IMG/VR virus record: IMGVR_UViG_3300020477_000103
Span: 1-28,264 of that record
Strand: one strand, 5' to 3'
From: a virus
Taxonomy: Duplodnaviria; Caudoviricetes
Length of the DNA stretch: 28,264 bases
Under the pieces are notes generated by a model. That model was given only the letters and a program-made list of their open reading frames with translations, did no database searches and was not told the origin of the DNA. The position numbers were made by a program, and so were the translations under genes. Below are positions 7,339 to 16,227 of this stretch, one piece after another (the stretch's first letter is position 1; every line of letters starts with the position of its first letter).

Positions 7339-8691
7339 TTGAACATAGCAAGTGCTTACCTTAAGCAAGTATTAGACCTGCAAGATTTCGAGTCTTGGTC
7401 TAGCACTCGTAAGCATTATTTGCCCTCTGCCTACCATGCGCTTTTTAAAGCTATTGATTCGCATTGTGAAAAGTTTCATCGACTCCCTACGATTGAGGAT
7501 CTCAAGTATGAGATTCGTGACACATCTACTAAAGAGTTACTCTTTGCTGTAGATTCGGTCGAAGTAGATGCAGATCCTTATATGCTTCTACAATACCTCA
7601 AGAATGAGTTTACTCAAAAAGAGATTCTTGATTCCCTTGAGGACTATGTAGACAATTCTATATCTTTTGAAGATGCAGAAGAGTCTGTCAAACATCTGCA
7701 CCAGATAGTTCTTGATGTCGAAGAAAAAGTAGACCTTCAAGAACCGCAAGAGACTATGCAACGTATTCCCTTGTGGGAGCCAGATGAAGACATCGGTAAG
7801 TACCTGCCCCTCGGCTTAAATGCTGAGCACGATGATGAGATCACGTTCTCCCCCCGAGACTTGATTCTTGTTGGTGGTCGTAGAGGGGCAGGGAAATCCA
7901 TCACCTGTGCTAATATAGCTAACAACGTATATTCTTCAGGCAAATCTGCCCTCTATTTCACTATTGAGATGGACAGTAGAGCAATACTGCAAAGGTGTTG
8001 TTCTATTGCTACGGGTGTGCCTTTTTCTAGGCTTCGCACAAAGAACCTCAGTATAACTGAATGGGAAAAGGTCGCCAACTGGCAAGCCGAAAGATACAAA
8101 GATAGTCAAGAGAGACTTGCAGAGTATCGAGAACATCGAAACTTTGATAAGTTCCATGATAAATTAGTAACAAGTTGTGAGCTTCTCCCAACTCAACAAC
8201 TTGATGTAATTTATGATCCTTCTCTAACTCTCTCCAAGATACGGGCTGAACTTGATAAGAAAATCAAAAGCAATATGAATGTAGGAGTCGTTATTGTCGA
8301 CTACATCAATCAAGTAAAACGTTCTAGTATGCCCTCTCGGGGAGGTCAATACGATTGGACGGAACAGATAGAAGTTAGTAAAGCACTGAAGAGTATGGCG
8401 CAAGAATACGAAACCCCAGTATTTTCGCCATACCAAACTGACGCTAGCGGTGAAGCTCGATTTGCCAAGGGTATATTAGATGCTGCGGATGCGGCATATG
8501 CTATGGAACCTTGGTCGCAAGAAGATGCCTGTATGACATTTAAATGTGTAAAAATGAGAGCAGCCGCTATGCGTTCTTTTTCTTCTACAATGGACTGGGA
8601 GACCTTGAAGATTGGACCAGATACTGCTCTGTCTCCAAAAGAACGAGAGGATAACGACCAAAAAACTGGCGAAGAAATTAACGACATCTAA
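7339..8691 (+). CDS. D6: DnaB-like replicative helicase (T5 D6)
   Basis: Walker A GGRRGAGKS, FTIEM, Walker B VIVDY, SPYQTDA, ARFAKGILDAAD; TTG start. Confidence 0.92.
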   Translation: MNIASAYLKQVLDLQDFESWSSTRKHYLPSAYHALFKAIDSHCEKFHRLPTIEDLKYEIRDTSTKELLFAVDSVEVDADPYMLLQYLKNEFTQKEILDSLEDYVDNSISFEDAEESVKHLHQIVLDVEEKVDLQEPQETMQRIPLWEPDEDIGKYLPLGLNAEHDDEITFSPRDLILVGGRRGAGKSITCANIANNVYSSGKSALYFTIEMDSRAILQRCCSIATGVPFSRLRTKNLSITEWEKVANWQAERYKDSQERLAEYREHRNFDKFHDKLVTSCELLPTQQLDVIYDPSLTLSKIRAELDKKIKSNMNVGVVIVDYINQVKRSSMPSRGGQYDWTEQIEVSKALKSMAQEYETPVFSPYQTDASGEARFAKGILDAADAAYAMEPWSQEDACMTFKCVKMRAAAMRSFSSTMDWETLKIGPDTALSPKEREDNDQKTGEEINDI

Positions 8692-8729
8692 AAATAATTC
8701 TTGACATTTGAATGTATTTCAAGTATAAT
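8690..8729 (+). promoter_or_regulatory. sigma70-type promoter P4
   Basis: AAAAATAATTC-TTGACA(8701-8706)-17 bp-TATAAT(8724-8729). Confidence 0.92.
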
Positions 8730-8753
8730 ATATATTCAAAATGTGGAGGCTTT

Positions 8754-9035
8754 ATGATCGTAAAAGGCAGTATGAGGTACACCCCCAGTGGTAGGAAGCG
8801 TAACATAATTCGTGGAAGAAAACAGAAAGTGGAGTTTATGCAACTGCACGCACCCACAGAACCTGTTCGTAGAGAAACGAAAGAGTATCCTTCGGCTCCT
8901 CTAACACCTTATAAACCTCAGCCTAGAGACGATTGGAAGTCTGAAGCTAGTTCCGAGTATACCATTGCACCTGCGTATAATAAAGGTGCGTATCAGGTAA
9001 TAAGTAGAGAAAACGTAAAAGATATAGGTAAATAA
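8754..9035 (+). CDS. conserved hypothetical phage protein
   Basis: GGAGG SD before ATG 8754 (the track's ATG 8712 lies inside P4); C-terminal YTIAPAYNKGAYQVI. Confidence 0.8.
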   Translation: MIVKGSMRYTPSGRKRNIIRGRKQKVEFMQLHAPTEPVRRETKEYPSAPLTPYKPQPRDDWKSEASSEYTIAPAYNKGAYQVISRENVKDIGK

Positions 9036-9248
9036 ATGTTAATGGCATTTTTGCTTATTGTAATTGTAGATGGAGAACCTGAGAATACAGGTAATATGTA
9101 TTTTCGGGACATCAACAGATGCAACTACTTCTCTGATAGAATTGAGAGAGGTCGCTACAGTAAACGCAGATATAGAAACTCACAGGCACTTATAACTGCC
9201 TATTGCACACCGAGAATGGTTGCCGAGGGGACACAATTTTGGGACTAG
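9036..9248 (+). CDS. hypothetical protein (70 aa) with hydrophobic N-terminus and two Cys
   Basis: ATG directly after the upstream stop; AGGT upstream. Confidence 0.7.
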   Translation: MLMAFLLIVIVDGEPENTGNMYFRDINRCNYFSDRIERGRYSKRRYRNSQALITAYCTPRMVAEGTQFWD

Positions 9249-9436
9249 GACCTAATTATAAAGAAGTACAACAAGACCTTACGGAGCTTAACGGTGATGG
9301 TAATCGTGAGCGGGGTCATTACGGGGAAGATGAATCTATCACCTCTTTTCTAGAAGATGACGGACAGCCTACCGAATATGAAGAGTGGCAAGATGTATTT
9401 GAAGGAGATGACTGGGATCATGGACAGTACGATTAA
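9239..9436 (+). CDS. small highly acidic protein (about 65 aa)
   Basis: TTG 9239 preceded by GAGGGG; DGQPTEYEEWQD; TAATG overlap with primase. Confidence 0.65.
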   Translation: MGLGPNYKEVQQDLTELNGDGNRERGHYGEDESITSFLEDDGQPTEYEEWQDVFEGDDWDHGQYD

Positions 9437-10272
9437 TGAATGTAGAAACTTTATTACAAGACAAAAATATACATTATCTGCCTAAAGGCGGAGATTTTTT
9501 AGTACGTTGTCTAAATCCAGAACATGAAGATAAAAATCCTAGTATGCGGATTGACCAAATTACTGGGATTTTTAATTGCTTTGCGTGCGGATTTAAAGGT
9601 AGTTTATTTAACTATTTTGGGGAAAGGGCAAACCAATTACAACAAAGACGGGAACTTTTTAAGAAGAAGCTTAACATGAAGCGTTCTGAAAGTATTGGTT
9701 TGTCTTTTCCCAAGAATAGATTACCATATGTAGGAAACTGGAGAAATATTAAACCAGAAACTTACAAAAAATTTGAAGCATTTCAACATCCTGATAATGA
9801 TTTTATAGGAAGAATAAATTTTCCTATAACAGATATATCAGGTAAAATAGTTGCTTTTCAAGGACGACATACAGGGGATGGAAGACCTAAATATAAGTTT
9901 ACACCTCCAGGAGCAAGACTCCCTTTCTTTCCAGTAGTTAAACCTTTTAAAGGTTCAATTATTATGGTAGAAGGAATATTTGACATGATAAACCTTCATG
10001 ATAAGGGACTTACAAATGCTGTGTGCTGTTTTGGAACAAATAACTATAATGAAACGAAGCTATCAATGCTCCGAGTACAAGGAGCGGAATACATAGAAGT
10101 ATTTTTTGATGGTGATGAAGCAGGCCAAACGGCTGCAGAAAAATTAGTGGGAGAGTGTGAGAAAGTTGGTCTCGTAGCTAGGAATATCTATCTTAAAGAT
10201 ACCGATCCTGGTGCACTAACCCAAACTTCAGTAGATAAATTAAGGAAAAAATTATATGAAGTTACCGGCTAA
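9436..10272 (+). CDS. DNA primase (CHC2 Zn finger + TOPRIM)
   Basis: CLNPEHEDKNPS...CFAC, FQGR, VEGIFD, FDGDEAG, DPG. Confidence 0.94.
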   Translation: MNVETLLQDKNIHYLPKGGDFLVRCLNPEHEDKNPSMRIDQITGIFNCFACGFKGSLFNYFGERANQLQQRRELFKKKLNMKRSESIGLSFPKNRLPYVGNWRNIKPETYKKFEAFQHPDNDFIGRINFPITDISGKIVAFQGRHTGDGRPKYKFTPPGARLPFFPVVKPFKGSIIMVEGIFDMINLHDKGLTNAVCCFGTNNYNETKLSMLRVQGAEYIEVFFDGDEAGQTAAEKLVGECEKVGLVARNIYLKDTDPGALTQTSVDKLRKKLYEVTG

Positions 10273-12535
10273 AGTTGCCTTAGTAGAAACTAAACCTAGT
10301 AGGACGGATTATAGAAAAGAATTCGATGGTGCTTTTGATTTTGATCAGTACCAATTATGTTCCGATCCTAATATAAAGAAAGTATTAAAACGAGACTGCG
10401 ATATTGAAATAAATCAAAATTTATACGATTGGATTGTATTAGTAGGAAGTGAGTCTTTAAAATACTTTACAAAAATTAATTCAGTAACAGAATATTCCGG
10501 TAAGAAAGTAGAAGATAAATTCTTGCCTGTTATCAATCCAGCAATGCTTAAGTTCAAACCTGAAGCTAAAAAGACATGGGATGACTCTAAGCAGAGTATT
10601 ATTAAGTACATAAGTGGCGAAATAAAGGAGGTTGTAATAGATGAAACAATTGCTTTCGGAATTCAGGACACAGGAGACTGTAACTATTTTATTCAATCAG
10701 CCATTGATCACGATGGGGACTTTATTGCGCTTGATAGTGAAACAACTGGGCTGTACCCTCGCGATGGGCACATACTTGGTATATCACTTTGTTACAACGG
10801 TAACAGAGGAGCGTATATATCTACAGATTGCTTTGATGAAAAGACTGAAGAACTACTTCAAGAACTTTTCAATAAGAAAACAGTAGTATTTCATAATGCC
10901 AAGTTTGATATGGCATTTTTTGAGTATCATTTCAACTTTAAATTTCCAAAGTTTGAAGATACGATGCTCCTGTCTTATTTGGTCAATGAAAACCCAGGTA
11001 ATCACGGACTAAAGACATTGGCAATTAAATACACTCCCTATGGGGACTATGAAAAGCCCATGTATGATTGGATGGATAACTATCGTAAAGAAAACGGTAT
11101 ATTAAAGAATGATTTCCAATGGGGGTCTATTCCTTTTGATGTAATGAAAACATATGCAGCAATGGATGCTTTATGTACTTATCTTATTTACGAGAAATTT
11201 AAGAAAATTAAACAAAATACTAAATTAAAGTGGGTATATGACAATATACTTATTCCTGGCACTAGATTTTTAACAGATGCACAGGATAATGGTGTTCCTT
11301 TTGATAAGAAAAGGTTATATGCCTCACAAGAGCTTATGCAAACACAAATAGATGAAGCAGTTGATAAGCTATACGATAATCCAGCAATAAGACAATGGGA
11401 ATCATACTATGATAAAGATTTTAACCCTAACTCTACTGTGCAGTTACGTTCCCTTCTTTTTGACCACGTTGGTCTCAAGCCTACTGGAAAGAAGACAGGA
11501 ACGGGAGCGCATTCTACGGATGCAGAAGTACTCAGAGAGCTCGGCAGTCAATCCGAAGTTCCTGGACTTATCCTTGACATACGTCAACGATCCAAAATTA
11601 AAAATACTTATTTGGACAAAATCATACCGCAACTGGATAGAGATGGTAGACTCCGTACGTCGTTTAATCTTCATGGCACTACTAGCGGTCGGCTCAGCTC
11701 TAGTGGTAAGCTTAATATGCAACAGCTTCCTCGGGATAACCCAGCTGTAAAAGGATGTATCAAAGCAGCGGAAGGAAACAAAATTGTTGCTATGGACTTA
11801 ACTACTGCAGAGGTTTATGTTGCGGCAGTTTTAGCTAAAGATAAAGCCCTCATGGACGTATTTCGTTCAGGAGGAAACTTCCATAGTAGTATTGCGAAAA
11901 CAGTATTTAGACTACCATGTGAAGTAGAAGACGTAGCAGAGTACTATACTACTCAAAGACAGGCTGCAAAAGCAGTTACCTTTGGTATTATGTACGGTGC
12001 GGGTCCGAAGAAAATTAGTGAACAAGTAACTAAGGATTCGGGCAAATATTTCAGCCAACAAGAAGCAAAAGAGGTAATAGATGATTATTTTCAATCTTTT
12101 CACGCTCTTAAAAAATGGATTGACACGAACCATAAATTTATTGAGCAAAACGGATTCGTCTACAGCTTCTTCGGAAGAAAAAGGAGACTCCCAAATGTCA
12201 AATCTTCGGACGCAGGTATTAAATCACATAGTATTAGGTCTGGCCTTAATTTCTTGGTGCAGTCTGCTGCTTCTGATATTAATCTTCTTGGAGCTATAGA
12301 CATGCACGCAGATATACAGGCTAGTAAAATGAAGGCACGTATATTTGCATTAGTACACGACTCTATTCTCGCAGAAGTACCAGAAGAAGAGATAGATACA
12401 TACAGTGAAAAACTGAAATATTGGATTCAATTAGATAGAGGAATTAACATTCCAGGAGCCCCAGTCGGATGTGACTTCGATATAGGAGAAGATTACTCAA
12501 TGGGCAAATTTGAGAAAGAATATGGCGTACTCTGA
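10256..12535 (+). CDS. family A DNA polymerase with 3'-5' exonuclease (T5-type)
   Basis: DSETTGL, FHNAKFD, YAAMD; TTSGRLSS, motif A DLTTAE, motif B RQAAKAVTFGIMYG, motif C VHDS. Confidence 0.96.
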   Translation: MKLPAKVALVETKPSRTDYRKEFDGAFDFDQYQLCSDPNIKKVLKRDCDIEINQNLYDWIVLVGSESLKYFTKINSVTEYSGKKVEDKFLPVINPAMLKFKPEAKKTWDDSKQSIIKYISGEIKEVVIDETIAFGIQDTGDCNYFIQSAIDHDGDFIALDSETTGLYPRDGHILGISLCYNGNRGAYISTDCFDEKTEELLQELFNKKTVVFHNAKFDMAFFEYHFNFKFPKFEDTMLLSYLVNENPGNHGLKTLAIKYTPYGDYEKPMYDWMDNYRKENGILKNDFQWGSIPFDVMKTYAAMDALCTYLIYEKFKKIKQNTKLKWVYDNILIPGTRFLTDAQDNGVPFDKKRLYASQELMQTQIDEAVDKLYDNPAIRQWESYYDKDFNPNSTVQLRSLLFDHVGLKPTGKKTGTGAHSTDAEVLRELGSQSEVPGLILDIRQRSKIKNTYLDKIIPQLDRDGRLRTSFNLHGTTSGRLSSSGKLNMQQLPRDNPAVKGCIKAAEGNKIVAMDLTTAEVYVAAVLAKDKALMDVFRSGGNFHSSIAKTVFRLPCEVEDVAEYYTTQRQAAKAVTFGIMYGAGPKKISEQVTKDSGKYFSQQEAKEVIDDYFQSFHALKKWIDTNHKFIEQNGFVYSFFGRKRRLPNVKSSDAGIKSHSIRSGLNFLVQSAASDINLLGAIDMHADIQASKMKARIFALVHDSILAEVPEEEIDTYSEKLKYWIQLDRGINIPGAPVGCDFDIGEDYSMGKFEKEYGVL

Positions 12536-12932
12536 GAAAGTACTGGATCACTATGAAAAACCAAGAAACGTTGGAAGACTTGATGACAAATCTAGATCCG
12601 TGGGTACGGGTATGGTTGGGGCACCTGCTTGCGGAGACGTTATGCGACTACAAATACAAGTCAATGAAAAAGGTGTCATTGAAGACGCTAAGTTCAAGAC
12701 TTACGGTTGTGGATCCGCCATTGCATCAAGCTCTCTGCTTACAGAATGGGTCAAGGGAAAGAGCCTTAGCGATGCTTGTGAAATCAAGAATACCGAGATT
12801 GCTGAAGAACTTAGCCTCCCACCCGTAAAGATACATTGTAGCGTTCTCGCTGAGGACGCTATAAAAGCCGCGATAAGCGATTATGAGGGAAAAAATGCTG
12901 ACCATAACTGCCAGTGCGAAGAAGTATCTTAA
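12522..12932 (+). CDS. iscU: Fe-S cluster assembly scaffold
   Basis: MAYSEKVLDHYEKPRNVG, APACGD, YGCGSAIASSS, LPPVKIHC; all three Cys present. Confidence 0.96.
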   Translation: MAYSEKVLDHYEKPRNVGRLDDKSRSVGTGMVGAPACGDVMRLQIQVNEKGVIEDAKFKTYGCGSAIASSSLLTEWVKGKSLSDACEIKNTEIAEELSLPPVKIHCSVLAEDAIKAAISDYEGKNADHNCQCEEVS

Positions 12933-13203
12933 CTATAAACGTATTGAAAAGAAGCAAAAGTACATACGTTTACACCTTAAACCTAGTGGATGTGCAGGGT
13001 TTGAATATGATTGGGGGTATACCGATCACCCTGCAGATTCCGATAGAATAGTAGATGACATATTAGTAGTTAGTGATGCTGCTACTTTTGCAGTTGCAGG
13101 TAGCACGATAGATTACAATGAAGAATTAATGGGGTCTTACCTTACGGTAACAAACCCTAACATACAAGATGCATGTGGATGTGGAGTTAGTTTTACAATA
13201 TGA
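12895..13203 (+). CDS. iscA: A-type Fe-S carrier (IscA/SufA/ErpA, HesB family)
   Basis: ITASA, SGCAGFEY, NPN...CGCGVSF; GAGGGA SD. Confidence 0.9.
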   Translation: MLTITASAKKYLNYKRIEKKQKYIRLHLKPSGCAGFEYDWGYTDHPADSDRIVDDILVVSDAATFAVAGSTIDYNEELMGSYLTVTNPNIQDACGCGVSFTI

Positions 13204-13310
13204 TAAGAATTTTTAAAGTAATTTTAATATTACTATGTGTTGACATTGGATTACATATTTTTGAGATTTTAATAGACTTATATCAATTAGGAGTATTTTC
13301 ATGGGTGTAG
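13200..13310 (+). CDS. 36-aa hydrophobic peptide; not in ORF track
   Basis: MIRIFKVILILLCVDIGLHIFEILIDLYQLGVFSWV; ATGA overlap with the iscA stop; fills the gap. Confidence 0.65.
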   Translation: MIRIFKVILILLCVDIGLHIFEILIDLYQLGVFSWV

Positions 13311-13543
13311 CAGATTTAAGTGGTTATAGTTTAACGTGGATGCATCAAAATAAAAAAGACTCTATGTCTGCCAAAATGCATAGCGTCGGCCCTTATACCT
13401 ATGCAAAAATGTTAGAAGGACAGGGATGTACGGAAATAAAAATTTATTTAAACGGAGAGTATGTTGATCATTACGTACAAGGACGTTCAACACGTAACCT
13501 TTCCAGTATTCCGACTGCCAACAAGCAATTGGAATTGTTCTGA
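13301..13543 (+). CDS. hypothetical protein (80 aa)
   Basis: AGGAG SD; overlaps the next ORF by 83 nt. Confidence 0.6.
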   Translation: MGVADLSGYSLTWMHQNKKDSMSAKMHSVGPYTYAKMLEGQGCTEIKIYLNGEYVDHYVQGRSTRNLSSIPTANKQLELF

Positions 13544-13958
13544 CGGCTTACTTTTTCTTGACGACCAATTACTGGACGACAAAAACATGCCAGGGGACAC
13601 ATTAGGGATTCGTAGATTACAGACTCCTTTTGAAAATCTTTTTCCTCTGAGAAATGCTCTAATAAGCCATATAGGAATACTAAAGCAATCAGGAAATAGT
13701 TTTATTGACTCAAGGGGCGACCCTTTTATCTATGACAAAACCTTAATGTGTAAACTTAAGTATTATAAGATCAGAAAGGTTGATAGAAAAGAAGTTGCCT
13801 CACTTTTGTGGGTAAAAGGAATTAACTTTCCTTTCACAATCCCAAGACCTCCTGAAGAAGGAAGAACTTGGGCGGGTATATTGCATTTAAATGATATACC
13901 TTGGATGTTATACGAGTATTCCGAGACAAAACTTAAGGACACTCGAAGAAAAATATAG
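13461..13958 (+). CDS. conserved T5-like protein of the pol-D10 interval
   Basis: GGAG SD; FPVF, LDDKNMPGDTLGIRRL, FIDS.G, RRKI end; syntenic position. Confidence 0.75.
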   Translation: MLIITYKDVQHVTFPVFRLPTSNWNCSDGLLFLDDQLLDDKNMPGDTLGIRRLQTPFENLFPLRNALISHIGILKQSGNSFIDSRGDPFIYDKTLMCKLKYYKIRKVDRKEVASLLWVKGINFPFTIPRPPEEGRTWAGILHLNDIPWMLYEYSETKLKDTRRKI

Positions 13959-14636
13959 ATGCCTATGGGAAAACGAAGTAAGACTCTTCAAGGAGCTAGT
14001 TTAGTTCTTGAAGAGATTGAACCTTTAACACAAAACCAAATAAAGGCTTTTGAAAGCGAGAAACACCTAGTACTGCATGGAGTAGCAGGTACAGGGAAAA
14101 CCTTCATATCATGTTATTTAGCTTTTGACGATATGATTAAAAATATGTTTGAAAAGCTAGTAATAATACGAAGTGCAGTTCCAACCCGAGATATTGGTTT
14201 TCTTCCTGGAAATGAAAAGGAAAAAACTTCAGTCTATGAAGAGCCTTATAAAGATATTTCGATTGAACTGTTTGGAAGAGGGGACGCATATCAAGTGTTA
14301 ACAACCAAAGGATTGGTACATTTTATGACCACTTCCTTTATTAGAGGTGTAACACTAAGAGATGCGGTTATTTTAGTCGATGAGTGTCAAAATATGTCTT
14401 TTCATGAATTGGATTCTATTATAACACGAGTGGGAGAACACTGTAGAGTAATATTCTGTGGTGATTTTCAGCAAGCCGATTTAAAACAAAACGGGTTAAT
14501 GTCTTTTTTAACTATTTTGAAAGAAATGGGTTCATTCGATTTAATAGAGTTTGGTGTAAAAGATATAGTACGAAGTGGTTTTGTACGAGATTATATTCTC
14601 GCAAAACAAGAAGTGGAGGGACTGACATGCCCATAA
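13959..14636 (+). CDS. phoH: PhoH-family ATPase
   Basis: GVAGTGKT, IGFLPG, FIRGVTL, DECQN, TRVGE, GDFQQAD, DIVRSGFVR. Confidence 0.95.
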   Translation: MPMGKRSKTLQGASLVLEEIEPLTQNQIKAFESEKHLVLHGVAGTGKTFISCYLAFDDMIKNMFEKLVIIRSAVPTRDIGFLPGNEKEKTSVYEEPYKDISIELFGRGDAYQVLTTKGLVHFMTTSFIRGVTLRDAVILVDECQNMSFHELDSIITRVGEHCRVIFCGDFQQADLKQNGLMSFLTILKEMGSFDLIEFGVKDIVRSGFVRDYILAKQEVEGLTCP

Positions 14637-14710
14637 CAGGATGGGTAGTAATAGGAGTAACAGTAGGGCTAATAGCTCTATGGTGGTTTGGAGTCACACG
14701 CAGAGGATGA
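14627..14710 (+). CDS. 27-aa single-TM peptide; not in ORF track
   Basis: GGAGGG SD; MPITGWVVIGVTVGLIALWWFGVTRRG; ATGA coupling to the next ORF. Confidence 0.72.
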   Translation: MPITGWVVIGVTVGLIALWWFGVTRRG

Positions 14711-14907
14711 AAACAGGAGCTTTTATTCCCGTATTCATAGCACGAAAAAATAGACTTGAAACCTCCGTTAGGGAGGCCTTGCGCCTCCCCAAATCGGAAA
14801 GAGATAACCCACTTATTTTAAGTAGGTTGAGAGAAAGAAGATGGCTTAAAAAAGTAATCAAACAAGCCGAAATTAAAAATTGTCCACATTGTGGAGGGGA
14901 TTTGTGA
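14707..14907 (+). CDS. small basic protein with C-terminal CPHCG knuckle
   Basis: ATG 14707 overlaps the upstream TGA; GTGA overlap with D10. Confidence 0.65.
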   Translation: MKTGAFIPVFIARKNRLETSVREALRLPKSERDNPLILSRLRERRWLKKVIKQAEIKNCPHCGGDL

Positions 14908-16187
14908 AAGCTGTTATCAGCAATCGTATTTATTTAGAAGTAACAGATCAGTATAAGGAAGTTTTAAGCAAAGAACTAACTTATACTATTCCTTCGTACA
15001 ATCCAAAAGACCCGCCTATAGTTATTAAAAATATGGCACGTATTCGTAGTAACTTAGTAAGTATTCCTATTGGACGAACGGATTTAATCCCAAGAGATTA
15101 CGAAGTAGTCGATAAACGGATTAAATTACCAGTAGAACTTCCTGAGTTTAAGTTCCCTTTACGACCAAGCCAACAAGAAGTTTTTGATGAAGTCGAAGAC
15201 AACTGTATAATAAACGCTTGGGTCAGTTGGGGAAAGACTTTTACAGGTCTTTCGATTGCTGGCAAGCTGAAACAGAAAACCCTTATTGTAGTACATACAG
15301 TCCCACTTAGAAATCAGTGGACAAAAGAGGTAGAAAAAGTATTTGGGTTTACGCCTGGCATTATAGGTAGTGGTAAATTTAATATTGACCCTCCTATAGT
15401 TATTGGCAATACTCAGAGTTTATATCGTAATATTCCGACTATTAGAAAAGCATTTGGGTTAGTCATGTTAGATGAAATGCACCACGTTTCTTCCCCAACC
15501 TTTTCTAAAGTCATAGATTCAAACTATGCAAGATATAAGATTGGATTGTCGGGTACGATAGAAAGAAAGGACGGTAAACATGTAGTCTTTAGAGATTATT
15601 TTGGACAAAAAGTAATAAAACCCCCAAAAGAAAACTATATGACTCCTAGTATTTGGGTTCATCGTTCTGAAATACGCTTCATGGACGGCAGTAATATTCC
15701 TTGGGCAAATAAAGTAACACAATTAGCCTATAATGAAGAGTATGTTCACACGATTGCACTTTTAGCCGCCGCTTTCGCAGCAAAAGGTCACAAAGTGTTA
15801 GTAGTAAGTGATCGAGTACATTTTTTGCAGGCCTGCGCCGAACTGGCAGGCGATAAAGCTGTTTGTGTTACGGGAGAAGTACCACATGAAGAAAGACAAA
15901 CACTCATGTCTAAAATTACAACAGGAGAAGCAAATATATTGTTTGGTACTCAAGCAATATTTTCAGAAGGTATCTCCTTGGACGACCTTAGTTGTCTGAT
16001 TTTAGGTACTCCTGTAAATAATGAGCCTTTACTGACTCAATTAATAGGACGAGTAATACGGCAAAAAGAAGAAAAACGAGACCCTATAGTAGTGGATATT
16101 CAACTAAAAGGAAATACTGCACGAAGACAGGCTTCCAATAGGATGGGATACTACATGAAACAGGGTTACAACATACAGGAACTTTAA
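14904..16187 (+). CDS. D10: SF2 helicase (T5 D10-like)
   Basis: LRPSQ, GKT, DEMHH, GLSGT, SEGIS, QLIGRVIR; GTG start after GGAGGGG. Confidence 0.92.
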   Translation: MKAVISNRIYLEVTDQYKEVLSKELTYTIPSYNPKDPPIVIKNMARIRSNLVSIPIGRTDLIPRDYEVVDKRIKLPVELPEFKFPLRPSQQEVFDEVEDNCIINAWVSWGKTFTGLSIAGKLKQKTLIVVHTVPLRNQWTKEVEKVFGFTPGIIGSGKFNIDPPIVIGNTQSLYRNIPTIRKAFGLVMLDEMHHVSSPTFSKVIDSNYARYKIGLSGTIERKDGKHVVFRDYFGQKVIKPPKENYMTPSIWVHRSEIRFMDGSNIPWANKVTQLAYNEEYVHTIALLAAAFAAKGHKVLVVSDRVHFLQACAELAGDKAVCVTGEVPHEERQTLMSKITTGEANILFGTQAIFSEGISLDDLSCLILGTPVNNEPLLTQLIGRVIRQKEEKRDPIVVDIQLKGNTARRQASNRMGYYMKQGYNIQEL

Positions 16188-16227
16188 AAAAATAGTTCTT
16201 GACAAGAACTTCATTTTTTGATATAAT
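16188..16227 (+). promoter_or_regulatory. sigma70-type promoter P5
   Basis: AAAAATAGTTC-TTGACA(16199-16204)-17 bp-TATAAT(16222-16227) with TGn extension. Confidence 0.88.

Noticed and set aside
13240-13270. TTGACA as a sixth promoter
   Set aside because: The -10 at 17 bp is poor (GAGATT), the shared upstream motif is absent, and it lies in a plausible small ORF.
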